Shown here: piece after piece, positions 1-9,427 of the stretch
Layout of the letters: the number at the start of each line of letters is the position of its first letter
How positions within the stretch are numbered: the first letter of the stretch is position 1
Origin: an uncultured delta proteobacterium
Lineage (GTDB): Bacteria; Myxococcota_A; Polyangia; Polyangiales; B10-G4
Assembly: GCA_963727445.1 (NCBI GenBank)
Contig: CAVSGI010000017.1
Coordinates: 96,001-160,000 of the forward strand
Length of the DNA: 64,000 nt
Direction: 5' to 3'
The notes under the pieces: generated by a model
Seen by the model: the letters and a program-made list of their open reading frames with translations, nothing else
What the model was told of the DNA's origin: nothing
Database searches by the model: none
Translations under genes and position numbers: made by a program

Positions 1-2
1 AA

Positions 3-86
3 ACGCCGCTCGGCGTGCTCTTCGAAGGCACCACGGGGCTGATGGCCCATACGAAAGCGACGATCGAGCCGGAGACCGTACACTAG
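3..86 (+). CDS. 3' end of a gene entering from the left (…TPLGVLFEGTTGLMAHTKATIEPETVH*), product unknown
   Basis: Open frame from the window edge to TAG at 84-86, followed by a strong hairpin; too short to identify. Confidence 0.4.
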   Translation, partial: TPLGVLFEGTTGLMAHTKATIEPETVH

Positions 87-113
87 CCGCGCACGGCTCT
101 CCCGGACAGACAA

Positions 114-183
114 ACGCCCCGAGACCGCTTTCCGGTCTCGGGGCGTCGCGGTGTTTGCGATAGCAATAGCGTCCCCAGCGGGA
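114..183 (-). repeat. Repeat copy 1: 14-bp perfect hairpin plus degenerate tRNA-Glu 3'-end fragment (att-like)
   Basis: ACGCCCCGAGACCG-ctttc-CGGTCTCGGGGCGT at 114-146; GCGTCCCCAGCGGGA at 169-183, identical to 1484-1498. Confidence 0.75.
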
Positions 184-388
184 CGATTTTGGAACCGCGA
201 TCGTGGAGATGGCGCAGGCGGCCTGACGGGATCGTTGCCGTTTCGCACCGACGTCAGTCATCGCGAGGTTTGGGATTGGAATTCAGGACGCAACTCGTAC
301 TTCGTCGACGCGATGAGAGACCATGAACCTTCGCAGAAAGCCGAAGCCGCAAGGCGGCGGTCGCGTGAATCCGCGCTACACTGCTCAC

Positions 389-628
389 GTGGTTTCCATC
401 AAAGCCAAGGTGCGAGGCGGTCGGCTGGTGGTCGATGAGGCGACGGACCTTCCCGAAGGGACGGAAGTCGAGCTCGTCGCCGTCATGGACCACGCCGAGG
501 ATGCCTTGCGGGACGACGACCGCAGAGCGTTGCACGACTCCCTCGCGCGTGCCGCCGGGGACATCGCCGGTGGGCAGTTGGTCGATGGCGACGAGGTCCT
601 CGAACAGCTGAAGTCACGCGGAGGGTGA
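389..628 (+). CDS. Putative type II antitoxin (KAKVRGGRLVVDEATDLPEGTEVEL, AF2212/DUF104-like N-terminus)
   Basis: Small ORF whose stop overlaps the toxin start (GTGA); TACACT hexamer 6 nt before GTG389. Confidence 0.7.
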   Translation: MVSIKAKVRGGRLVVDEATDLPEGTEVELVAVMDHAEDALRDDDRRALHDSLARAAGDIAGGQLVDGDEVLEQLKSRGG

Positions 629-945
629 AGCGCCTCGGCCTGCGGTTCGTTCCGCACGCCGTCGAGCAGTTGGACGCCGCGAACGCGTGGTGGCGGGAGA
701 ACCGCGAGAAGTCTCCAGACCTCCTCGTTACTGAATTCGTCGAAGCGATCGCCCTGCTACGAGAGAATCCCAAGCTGGGCGCCGAGTACCAGAACGACGA
801 GCTCGAGGACGCGAAGCGCTATCTCCTGCGCCGAACGCGATTCCATGTCTACTACGTCGTTCGAGACGACACGCTCGTAGTCGCGGCCGTTTGGAGCGCG
901 ATCCGTGGCCACGGTCCACCACTCGGCCGGGGGCGGCCGTCATGA
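625..945 (+). CDS. RelE/ParE-family type II toxin
   Basis: 106 aa; LRFVPHAVEQLDAA…P.LG…RFHVYYVVRDDTLVVAAVWS pattern typical of ParE/RelE. Confidence 0.8.
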   Translation: MKRLGLRFVPHAVEQLDAANAWWRENREKSPDLLVTEFVEAIALLRENPKLGAEYQNDELEDAKRYLLRRTRFHVYYVVRDDTLVVAAVWSAIRGHGPPLGRGRPS

Positions 946-1394
946 ACCCGCTGGTGCGTCTCTGCCTCGTTGCTGTTCCGTTGTTCGTTCCGGCCTGCAC
1001 TTGCGCGGCAAGCCATCCACCGGACTGGGAGGACGCCGACGCGCATCCGCCGGACGGATCGATTTCCGACACCGGCGCCGAAGATGCCCCGCGAGACACC
1101 GAATGCAGCCAATATCCTCCACTGTTCCTGGACGCCCCGGCGTGCACGACGGATATCGAAGCAGCCTGCGAACGATGGGCAGAACAATCCGGCGCCGCCT
1201 ACGTGTACAGCGTTTGTGAGGTGTCAGATATGGGCGTGGTCCGATGTGGTCTTGGAGACTACTGCCCGGGAACGGACCCGAGCGGCCGTCCGTTGGACTG
1301 CCAGTGCAGCCCGACCGTCCACTGCTACGTCGATGAAGCCTGCGGCAGCGACACTCCCGATGGCCCACGCCGATGTGTTCCTGTTTGTCCCTGA
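942..1394 (+). CDS. Small Cys-rich putative lipoprotein
   Basis: ATGA overlap with the toxin stop; signal peptide MNPLVRLCLVAVPLFVPAC; many Cys. Confidence 0.6.
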   Translation: MNPLVRLCLVAVPLFVPACTCAASHPPDWEDADAHPPDGSISDTGAEDAPRDTECSQYPPLFLDAPACTTDIEAACERWAEQSGAAYVYSVCEVSDMGVVRCGLGDYCPGTDPSGRPLDCQCSPTVHCYVDEACGSDTPDGPRRCVPVCP

Positions 1395-1442
1395 GCTACC
1401 GGCAGCACCGTCGATGTGAAGAAGACTTCGTGAACGAGCCAA

Positions 1443-1505
1443 CGCCCCGAGACCGTCACCGATCTCGGGGCGCCCTAGTGTTGGCGTCCCCAGCGGGATT
1501 AGAAC
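1443..1505 (-). repeat. Repeat copy 2: hairpin plus tRNA-Glu 3'-end fragment (att-like)
   Basis: CGCCCCGAGACCG-tcac-CGATCTCGGGGCG at 1443-1472; minus strand of 1482-1505 reads GTTCTAATCCCGCTGGGGACGCCA (T-loop, T-stem, acceptor strand, discriminator G, CCA of a tRNA-Glu). Confidence 0.8.
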
Positions 1506-1580
1506 TCGGCGTCTTCCTCGAGACGCCATCGCGCACGCGAACATCCAACGGGTGTGGATGACGCGATGAGTGACACGTGA

Positions 1581-1763
1581 GGCCGGGAGGGTGGGCCCCA
1601 TCCCGGGGCTTTCGCGCGTGCCAAGTCGCCCGCGATCCTCCCCGACTTGGCACGTGCGACAAGGGGCCGTTGCCCGAGCGCTCTCCGACCACGGCCGATG
1701 TCTTGGCAAGCGCTCGGATCTGCAACGGCCCCGGGCCCCGGGATGGGGCCCACCCTCACGGCC
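1581..1763. repeat. 183-bp Y-shaped palindromic element (MITE-like or structured RNA)
   Basis: 29-bp terminal inverted repeat with 1 mismatch (1581-1609/1735-1763) enclosing two long hairpins (1612-1659, 1663-1732). Confidence 0.75.
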
Positions 1764-1791
1764 GGGGATGCGGATCGACGAAAGCCCGCTG

Positions 1792-1866
1792 ACGCAATCC
1801 CGGCTTCGCGCCGCCTGCGCTCCGCTGCCCCTTCGTGCGCTTCGCGCACTACGGCGCCGCTCCGCT
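1792..1866. repeat. REP-like extragenic palindrome, homologous to the 105-bp unit at 45022
   Basis: Shares, in order, ACGCARTCCCGGCT, CTGCGCTC, GT(G/T)CGCTTCGCG(C/A)ACT and GCCGCTCCGC. Confidence 0.6.
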
Positions 1867-1938
1867 CCGGAGGCGCTACGCCTTCTGCGTGGGCCTTCGA
1901 CCTCCGCGCTCGCGCGCTGCGGGACGAAGGCCCTCTAC

Positions 1939-4054
1939 CTACTTCTTGCCCTTCGCCTCTTCGCGCGCCTTCACCTCTTCCTTCACCTTCTCGAGGATCT
2001 GGCGGGGGACGGCGGCGTAGTGGCTGAACTCCATGGAGAACTGGCCGCGGCCGGAGGTCATCGAGCGCAGGTCGCCGATGTAGCCGAACATCTCGCTCAG
2101 CGGGCACGTCGGCCTTGATGCGGACGCCGGTGGGCGCCGGGCTCCTGGCTCTTGATCATGCCGCGGCGACGGTTGAGGTCGCCGATGACGTCACCGACGT
2201 TCGTCCTCGGGGACGAAGACGTCGACCTTCATGATCGGCTCGAGGAGCTGCGGGCCGGCCTTCGGCATGGTCTGGCGGTAGGCGGCCTTGGCGGCGATCT
2301 CGAAGGCGATCTGCCGAGGAGTCGACCGCGTGGAAGCCGCCGTCGGTGAGGGTGACCTTGAAGTCGAGCAGCGGGAAGCCGCAGAGCGGGCCCTTGTCGA
2401 TCATGACGCTTGAAGCCCTTCTCGACCGCCGGGATGTACTCCTTCGGCACGTTGCCGCCGACGACCTTCGACTCGAACACGAAGCCCGAGCCGGGCTCGC
2501 CGCGGCTCGATGCGTGTAGTCGATCTTCGCGAACTGACCCGAGCCACCCGTCTGCTTCTTGTGGGTGTAGCTGTCGTCGACGCGCCTTGGTGATGGTCTC
2601 GCGGTAGGCGACCTGCGGCTTGCCGACGTCGACCTCGACGCCGTGGGTGCGGCTTGAGGATGTCGACCTTGATGTCGAGGTGCAGCTCGCCCATGCCCTT
2701 GAGGATCGTCTCGCCCGACTTCCTCGTCGGCCTCGACGTGGAACGACGGGTCCTCGGCGACCATCTTGCCGAGCGCGTTGCCGAGCTTCTCGCCGTTGGC
2801 CTTGTCCTTGGCGGCGACGGCGATCGAGATGACCGGGATCGGGGAAGACCATCGGCTCGAGGGTGGCCGGGTTCTTCTCGTCGCGAGGGTGTGGCCGGTC
2901 TGCACGTTCTTCAGGCCGACGAGGGCGACGATGTCGCCCGCCTGCGCCGTGTCGACCATCGTTGCGGTCGTTGGCGTGCATCTCGACCATGCGGCCGATG
3001 CGCTCGGTCTTGCCGGTGAAGGTGTTGAGCACGGTGTCGCCCTTCTTGATCGTGCCCGAGTAGATGCGGGTGAAGGTCAGCGCGCCGAAGCGGTCGTCCA
3101 TGATCTTGAACGCGAGCGCGCGGAACGGGCTCGTCGGGATCGACGATGGCGAACTCGCCGGTCTCGTTGCCCTCGAGGTCGATCTCGGGCTGCGGCGTTG
3201 ACCTCGGTCGGGTTCGGGCAGGTAGTCGACGACGGCGTCGAGCACGTGCTGCACGCCCTTGTTCTTGAAGGAGGAGCCGCAGTAGGTCGGGAAGAAGTCG
3301 AGGTCGACGCGTGCCCTTGCGGATGCAGCTTCTTGAGCGTGTCGATGTCGGGCTCGTTGCCCTCGAGGTAGTCCTCCATGACGTCGTCGTCCTGCTCGAC
3401 GGCGGTCTCGATGAGCTCCGCGCGGTACTTCTCGACCGTCGTCCTTCATGTCCTCGGGGACGTCCTTGACCTCGTAGTTCTCGGGCAGGCCGGAGTCGTC
3501 CCAGATGTAGGCCTTGCGCGTCGAGCAGATCGACGACGCCGACGAAGTCGGCCTCGGTGCCGATCGGCAGCACCATGACGAGCGGCTTGGCGCCGAGGAT
3601 GTTCTTGATCTGATCGACGACGCGGTAGAAGTCCGCGCCGATGCGGTCGAGCTTGTTGACGTAGATGATGCGCGCGACCTTCGAGTCGTTGGCGTAGCGC
3701 CAGTTGGTCTCGGACTGGGGCTCGACGCCGCCGGAGCCGCAGAACACGCCGACGCCGCCGTCGAGCACCTTCAGCGAGCGGTAGACCTCGATGGTGAAGT
3801 CGACGTGGCCGGGGGTGTCGATGATGTTGAAGCTGGTGGTCCTTCCAGAAGCAGGTGGTGGCGGCGGACTGGATGGTGATGCCGCGCTCCTGCTCCTGCT
3901 CCATGAAGTCGGTGGTCGCCGCGCCGTCGTGCACCTCGCCGATCTTGTGGATCTTGCCGGTGAGCTTGAGGATGCGCTCGGTGGTGGTGGTCTTGCCCGC
4001 GTCGACGTGGGCGAAAATGCCGATGTTGCGGTATTTGCTGAGGTCCTTTGACAT
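1939..4054 (-). CDS. fusA: Elongation factor G, stand-alone paralogue; frame broken by about 20 indels in this sequence
   Basis: [57 protein letters not shown] and [11 protein letters not shown] are spread over all three minus frames. Confidence 0.9.
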
Positions 4055-4269
4055 GACTTCCGTATCCGTTTTCGGGGCCTATGGGGCTTGCCAGGAGCGC
4101 TATTAGCCACGCATCGGCCCATTGGGCAAGTCGCGATTTCGGCCGATCGGGAGCTGTGCAGGCCGAGCACGGGATTGCCCTTCCTCCGCGGGCCGTGATG
4201 GAGTGGCCGCCAGGTCGAAAACGACCCTATTTCCCCCTTCCCGGGGGACGCCGCCGCCCTGAATCGCCC

Positions 4270-5622
4270 ATGGACGACCTGCTCGCAGCCCGCTTCACGA
4301 TGGGCATCTCCCTCGGCTTCCACATCGTGCTGGCCTCCATCGGCATGGTGATGCCCTGGCTGATGGCCGCATCGCACCTGCGCTGGCTGCGCCGTGGGGA
4401 AGCGGACGCCTACCGGCTGACCCGCGCCTGGATGCGCGGCGTCGCCATCTTCTTCGCGACCGGCGCCGTCTCCGGGACCGCCCTCTCCTTCGAGCTGGGC
4501 GTCCTGTGGCCGGGCTTCATGGAGCACGCGGGTCCGATCATCGGCATGCCCTTCTCCCTCGAGGGCGCGGCCTTCTTCGTCGAGGCCATCGCCCTCGGGA
4601 TCTACTTCTACGGTTGGGGCCGGGTTCCGGCGCGCGTCCATTTCTGGATGGGGATCGTGGTGGGGATCGCGGGCGTGACCAGCGGCGCGCTGGTCATCAG
4701 CGCCAACGGATGGATGAACAGCCCCACCGGCTTCACCTGGGACGGATCGGCCGCCCACGACATCGACCCCATCGCGGCGATGCTCAACCCGGCCTGGCCC
4801 ACCCAGGCGAGTCACATGATCCTCGCCGCCTTCGAAGCCGTGGGCCTCGCCGTCGCGGGCGTGCACGCCTTCGCGCTGCGGTCGCGCGGGGTCCGCGACG
4901 CCGACATGCATCACCTCGGCTTGCGCATCGCCCTGGGCATCGCGGCCGTGGCGGCGCTCGTCCAGCCGCTGAGCGGCCACTTCACGGCGCGGAGCGTGGC
5001 CCACCGCCAGCCGCGCAAGCTCGCCGCGATGGAGTCGCTCTTCGAAACCGAGCGGGGCGCGGGCCTGCTGGTCGGCGGCATCCCCGACGTCGAGGCACGG
5101 CGCGTCTCCTACGGCTTCGAGATCCCGAAGGCGCTCAGCTTCATCGCCTACGACGACTTCGACTCGGAGGTGCGCGGGCTCGAGACCTGGGACGAGGACC
5201 TCTGGCCGCCGGTGGTCATCGTCCACCTCGCCTTTCAGGCGATGGTGGGCATCGGCACCTTCCTCGCCGCGTTCGGCGCCATCGCGCTGGTCGCGCTCTT
5301 TCGCCGCCCCGCGTGGTTGGACGCGCGATGGATGCGGCGTGCGATCCTGCTGTGCGCGCCGCTCGGATTCGTCGCGATCGAAGCGGGTTGGGTCGTGACC
5401 GAGGTGGGTCGCCAGCCCTTCATCATCTACGGGATCATGCGCACCGCCGACGCGCTGACGCCCGTGCCAGGTCAGGTCTTTCATCTGTCGGCCTTCGTCT
5501 CGCTGTACGCGCTGATCGGAGCCTTCACCGTGTGGATGTGGCGGCGACAGGTCGCTTACGCCGCCGAGCTCCCCCCGCCTTCGGAAGCGCTTTCGCGCTG
5601 GGCCCGCGGAGAAGACGCGTGA
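4270..5622 (+). CDS. cydA: Cytochrome bd ubiquinol oxidase subunit I (short Q-loop type)
   Basis: [53 protein letters not shown]. Confidence 0.93.
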   Translation: MDDLLAARFTMGISLGFHIVLASIGMVMPWLMAASHLRWLRRGEADAYRLTRAWMRGVAIFFATGAVSGTALSFELGVLWPGFMEHAGPIIGMPFSLEGAAFFVEAIALGIYFYGWGRVPARVHFWMGIVVGIAGVTSGALVISANGWMNSPTGFTWDGSAAHDIDPIAAMLNPAWPTQASHMILAAFEAVGLAVAGVHAFALRSRGVRDADMHHLGLRIALGIAAVAALVQPLSGHFTARSVAHRQPRKLAAMESLFETERGAGLLVGGIPDVEARRVSYGFEIPKALSFIAYDDFDSEVRGLETWDEDLWPPVVIVHLAFQAMVGIGTFLAAFGAIALVALFRRPAWLDARWMRRAILLCAPLGFVAIEAGWVVTEVGRQPFIIYGIMRTADALTPVPGQVFHLSAFVSLYALIGAFTVWMWRRQVAYAAELPPPSEALSRWARGEDA

Positions 5623-6680
5623 CCCTATCGGCCCTCTTCGTCACGGTCTTCTTGGGCCTCGCCCTGATCCTCTACGTGATCACCGGCGGCGCAGACTTCG
5701 GCGTGGGGATCGTCGAGATGCTCGCGACCCCGGACGCGCGCCCGGCGGTCCGCAGAGCCGGCGAGAAGGCCATCGCGCCGATCTGGGAGGCGAACCACAT
5801 CTGGATCGTCGTCGCGCTGGTGATCCTCTTCGTGGCGTTTCCCGAGATCCACGTGCAGATGACGAAGAGCCTGCACATCCCGATGGTGATCATGCTGGTG
5901 GGGATCGTCCTCCGAGGCAGCGCCTTCACCTTCCGCTACTACGACGTGGGCGACGCCGGCCGGCACGGAGGCGTGTTCAGCGCGCTCTTCCGCGGGGGCA
6001 GCCTCCTGGTACCGCTGGTCTTCGGTCATCTCGCGGCGGCGATGTCCCGCGGTCTGATGCGCGCGACCCCGACCACCGTCTTGGACAGCTTCGTCGCGCC
6101 CTGGGTCGGGGCCTTCCCGGCGACCGCGGGCATCTTCACCGTCTCCCTCTTCGCCTGGCTGGCTTCGGTCTTCCTCGTCGGCGAGGCCGCACCCGACGCG
6201 CGCGCGGCGTGGATCGGTCGCGCCCGCCGCTGGACCGTGGTCATGGTCGCCGCGGGAGCTGCGACATCCCTCGCCGCGGCGTGGGAAGGCGTGCCCTGGA
6301 TCGAGGCCATCCCCCACCGCCCCCTCGTCGGGGGCATCGTGGCCGTCGCGACGATCACCGTGGGGCTCACCGTGCGCGCGCTCGAACGACCGAGCGCTCT
6401 GCCGGCGCGCGTGCTCGCCGGCGTCACGGCCACCGCGGTCGTCGCCGGCTACTTCGGCGCCATCTTCCCCATCGCCATCGAGCGCGCCGACGCCCCGCCG
6501 CTCTCGTGGTTGCGCGACGTGGCGCCGCCGGCGACGACGAACGCGCTGGCCGTCGCTCTAATCGCGGGAAGCGTGTTGATCCTGCCGGGACTCTTCTGGC
6601 TCTACCGTCTCTTCGTCACGCCCTCAGCGCCGGCGGCGCCGCCGGCGGACGGAGAAGCCGAAGCCCAGAGCGAGCACTAA
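5619..6680 (+). CDS. cydB: Cytochrome bd ubiquinol oxidase subunit II
   Basis: GTGA overlap with cyd[29 protein letters not shown]; multiple TM helices. Confidence 0.92.
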   Translation: MTLSALFVTVFLGLALILYVITGGADFGVGIVEMLATPDARPAVRRAGEKAIAPIWEANHIWIVVALVILFVAFPEIHVQMTKSLHIPMVIMLVGIVLRGSAFTFRYYDVGDAGRHGGVFSALFRGGSLLVPLVFGHLAAAMSRGLMRATPTTVLDSFVAPWVGAFPATAGIFTVSLFAWLASVFLVGEAAPDARAAWIGRARRWTVVMVAAGAATSLAAAWEGVPWIEAIPHRPLVGGIVAVATITVGLTVRALERPSALPARVLAGVTATAVVAGYFGAIFPIAIERADAPPLSWLRDVAPPATTNALAVALIAGSVLILPGLFWLYRLFVTPSAPAAPPADGEAEAQSEH

Positions 6681-7868
6681 CGCCGGGAGCACGACGGCGA
6701 AGGTGTGGGTCTCTCCCCCCGCGGCATCGCAGGAGAGCCCGCGGGCCGAGGGCGCGTCGGTGAGCGCCGGGGCGCCGGCCTCCCCGAGACCTCCGTCGCC
6801 GGCTTCGTAGGCGACGTCGTCGGCAGGCTCGTACGAAGGCGGAGCGAAGGAGACGAGGGGCGAGAAGGGACCTTCGCCCACGCCGCGCCGCACTTCCGCG
6901 GCGTGGTCGGGCGCGCCCGCGCTCACATAGGCGTCGGCGAGCGCCACGCGGATGGCGTCGTTGTCCGGATCCCACCACAGCGCGCGCGTCAGGCCGTCGA
7001 TGAGCCATTCGGTCGCCATCGCCACCGCTTCGTCGGTGTTCGCGGCGTCGAGCTCCTCCTGCGCGGTCAGAGCGCTCGGGATCTCCCAGTTCCCGTCCTC
7101 GACCTGCGCGCTGAAGTTGTCGCGGAGCGGCAGGATGCCCGCGGTGGTGGCGCAGCCGGCGCGCGGGCGTGGCGCGTTCGCCGGCAGCGTGACCCAATGG
7201 AGCGCGTCGGCGGTGAGATCGGGGACGTCGAAAGACACGCGCACGACCGCGTTGTGGCCGTCGGGGGACGGAAGGAGCGAGACCTCGACGCTCTCGACAT
7301 CGGCCCGGGGCAGGCGGATCCCGGATGCGACCTCCCGGTAGCCCTCGGCGCCGCGAAGCAGGACGCTGACGACGACGTGGGTATCCCAGCGCGAGGCGTC
7401 GAGCGCATCGGAAGGATCGGCGCCGCCCACCACGATCATGTCCGCGCGACACACACCCTGTGCCGTGGTCGCGAAGCGACGCGCGAGGGCCGCGGGGACG
7501 GGAAACATCTCGTCCCAGGAATTCACCTCCGCGCTGGGGTCCGGCGCTTCGATCGCCGCCTCCATCTCGTAGAGCTCGTCCTCGCTCAGCCTCACCGGGT
7601 CGGCGTTCGGCGCGAGGCGGCGCCCCCCGTCGTACCGATCGAAGCGGGAGACAGGCCGCGTGTCGAAAGGCGAGAGCACGTCGAGGACGCTCGCCCCCTG
7701 GCAGTCGTGCGCAACGTAGGCGTCGACGAGGAGCGAGCCGTCACTGGCCCAGCCGAGCGGCGTGTGGCGATCGAAGTCGGCGCAGCAGGCCGACGCCGCG
7801 CTGGGCGAGAGGATTGGGGCGGCGACGAGAGCGGCGAGGGTGAAGAGGGCGGCGAGGGCGCGGGGCAT
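6624..7868 (-). CDS. Exported hypothetical protein with MYXO-CTERM-like C-terminal sorting signal
   Basis: N-terminal signal peptide; C-terminus GLSCDAAGG + hydrophobic helix + RRRRRRR. Confidence 0.65.
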   Translation of the reverse strand: MPRALAALFTLAALVAAPILSPSAASACCADFDRHTPLGWASDGSLLVDAYVAHDCQGASVLDVLSPFDTRPVSRFDRYDGGRRLAPNADPVRLSEDELYEMEAAIEAPDPSAEVNSWDEMFPVPAALARRFATTAQGVCRADMIVVGGADPSDALDASRWDTHVVVSVLLRGAEGYREVASGIRLPRADVESVEVSLLPSPDGHNAVVRVSFDVPDLTADALHWVTLPANAPRPRAGCATTAGILPLRDNFSAQVEDGNWEIPSALTAQEELDAANTDEAVAMATEWLIDGLTRALWWDPDNDAIRVALADAYVSAGAPDHAAEVRRGVGEGPFSPLVSFAPPSYEPADDVAYEAGDGGLGEAGAPALTDAPSARGLSCDAAGGETHTFAVVLPALVLALGFGFSVRRRRRRR

Positions 7869-8020
7869 GGCCGGGGAAAGAGCAGCTTCGGGGCCACCCA
7901 AATGCCCGGGAGATCAGGCGATTTTTCTCTCCCCGCCGGGTGCCCTCGGACACGGCGCCGTGGCCGGCGCGCCACGGGGACGCGCTGGCCAAGACGCACG
8001 ACCGGCCCCATAGGGTGGTC

Positions 8021-9049
8021 GTGAGCAACGACGACACGGTCTTCGAGGTCCTGCGCCTCGGCAACCCTCCCTGGGTCACCTTCGACCCCTTTCTCTTCTG
8101 CGTTCATCACCTCGACCACTACCCGAGGGGCAACGAGAAGATGGGGCCGGACGCCTCGCTGGCCGGGCGCAACATCGGCATGGACTTCGAAGGCATCGAC
8201 GGCTGGCGCATGTACCACGGCGATCAGGTCCCCGGATTCCCGCGCCACCCCCATCGCGGCTTCGAGACCGTGACCCTCGCGCGTCAGGGGTACATCGATC
8301 ACTCCGACAGCCTGGGCGCGACCGCGCGCTTCGGTCATGGCGACTGCCAGTGGATGACCGCCGGCGCCGGGATCGTGCACTCGGAGATGTTTCCCCTCGT
8401 CGAGCGCGACGCCGACAACCCCACCGAGCTCTTCCAGATCTGGCTGAACCTGCCGCGCAAGGACAAGATGGTGGATCCGTATTTCACCATGCTCTGGGCG
8501 GACACCATTCCAGAAGAGACCTTTCGCGACGACGAGGGGCGCGCGACGAAGGTCTCGATGATCGCGGGCGCGCTCGGTGATCGTCGGCCCCCCGCGCCTC
8601 CGCCCAACTCCTGGGCGTCGCGCGCCGAAGCCGACGTGGCGATCTGGACGATCACCCTCGAGGCGGGCGCGCGATGGACGCTCCCCGCCGCGGCCAGCAG
8701 CGACGCCAACCGCACGCTCTACTGCTTCGAAGGAGGCGACGTGCGGGTCGCGGGCGTCGACCTGCCCCTCGGTCACGCGGCGCGCCTCAGGCCCGATCGG
8801 GAAGCGGAGATCCTCTGCGGCGACACACCCACGCAGCTTCTGATGCTCCAGGGCCGCCCCATCGGCGAGCCGGTGATCCAGTACGGGCCCTTCGTCATGA
8901 ACGCGCCCGGGGAGATTAAGCAGGCCGTCCTCGACTATCAGAGCACGGGCTTCGGCGGCTGGCCCTGGGAGCAGGACGGCCCGGTCCACCCCCGCGACAA
9001 GACCCGCTTCGCGATCCACGCCGACGGGAAAGAAGAAGCCGCGGAGTGA
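8021..9049 (+). CDS. Pirin family protein
   Basis: DPFLFCVHH, GFPRHPHRGFETVT, DHSDSLG, QWMTAGAGIVHSE, QIWLNLP, YGPFVMN. Confidence 0.92.
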   Translation: MSNDDTVFEVLRLGNPPWVTFDPFLFCVHHLDHYPRGNEKMGPDASLAGRNIGMDFEGIDGWRMYHGDQVPGFPRHPHRGFETVTLARQGYIDHSDSLGATARFGHGDCQWMTAGAGIVHSEMFPLVERDADNPTELFQIWLNLPRKDKMVDPYFTMLWADTIPEETFRDDEGRATKVSMIAGALGDRRPPAPPPNSWASRAEADVAIWTITLEAGARWTLPAAASSDANRTLYCFEGGDVRVAGVDLPLGHAARLRPDREAEILCGDTPTQLLMLQGRPIGEPVIQYGPFVMNAPGEIKQAVLDYQSTGFGGWPWEQDGPVHPRDKTRFAIHADGKEEAAE

Positions 9050-9116
9050 GCCCGGCCCGGGGTCCGCGCACGCGCCGGGTGACGTCCGCCCCGAAGAGTG
9101 AGAGCGTGTCCGAGTC

Positions 9117-9392
9117 ATGAACCGGACGGTCTTGCTCCTGGGCGTCGCCCTCCTCCTCTCTCTCGGTCTGAACGCGCTGCAGTGGACGAACCAGAGCGAG
9201 CCACCGAGCGCGGGGAGCGAGGGGAGCGCCGCCGACTCGGTGGTGGTGAGCGCCACCAACGACGCTCCCGAAGAGACCGAGTGCTGGGTCGAGCTGGCCC
9301 AGTGCCGCGGCGACCTCCGCGAGGCGCTGAACGCCGAGCCGGAAGAGGAGGCACAGAGCGAGGCGCCGACAGAAGCGCCGAGCGCCCCGTAG
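9117..9392 (+). CDS. Small membrane-anchored hypothetical protein
   Basis: N-terminal hydrophobic helix, acidic body, fills the gap between convergent genes. Confidence 0.5.
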   Translation: MNRTVLLLGVALLLSLGLNALQWTNQSEPPSAGSEGSAADSVVVSATNDAPEETECWVELAQCRGDLREALNAEPEEEAQSEAPTEAPSAP

Positions 9393-9427
9393 CACTCGAG
9401 GGCCGCCGTGACCCCGATCGAGTAGTG

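Noticed and set aside
1482..1560. Intact tRNA-Glu gene
   Set aside because: Only the 3' 24 nt match; the 5' T-stem strand, anticodon arm and D arm cannot be formed
1939..4054. Programmed frameshifting or RNA editing of fusA
   Set aside because: Too many shifts with no slippery motifs; a consensus artefact is far more parsimonious
2911..5484. 857-aa minus-strand ORF and other long overlapping ORFs (e.g. 12938-15403, 46193-49069, 48664-51423, 60649-63909)
   Set aside because: Shadow ORFs of high-GC DNA, antisense or out of frame to well-supported genes and rich in Arg/Gly/Pro; only the fusA fragment inside the first is real
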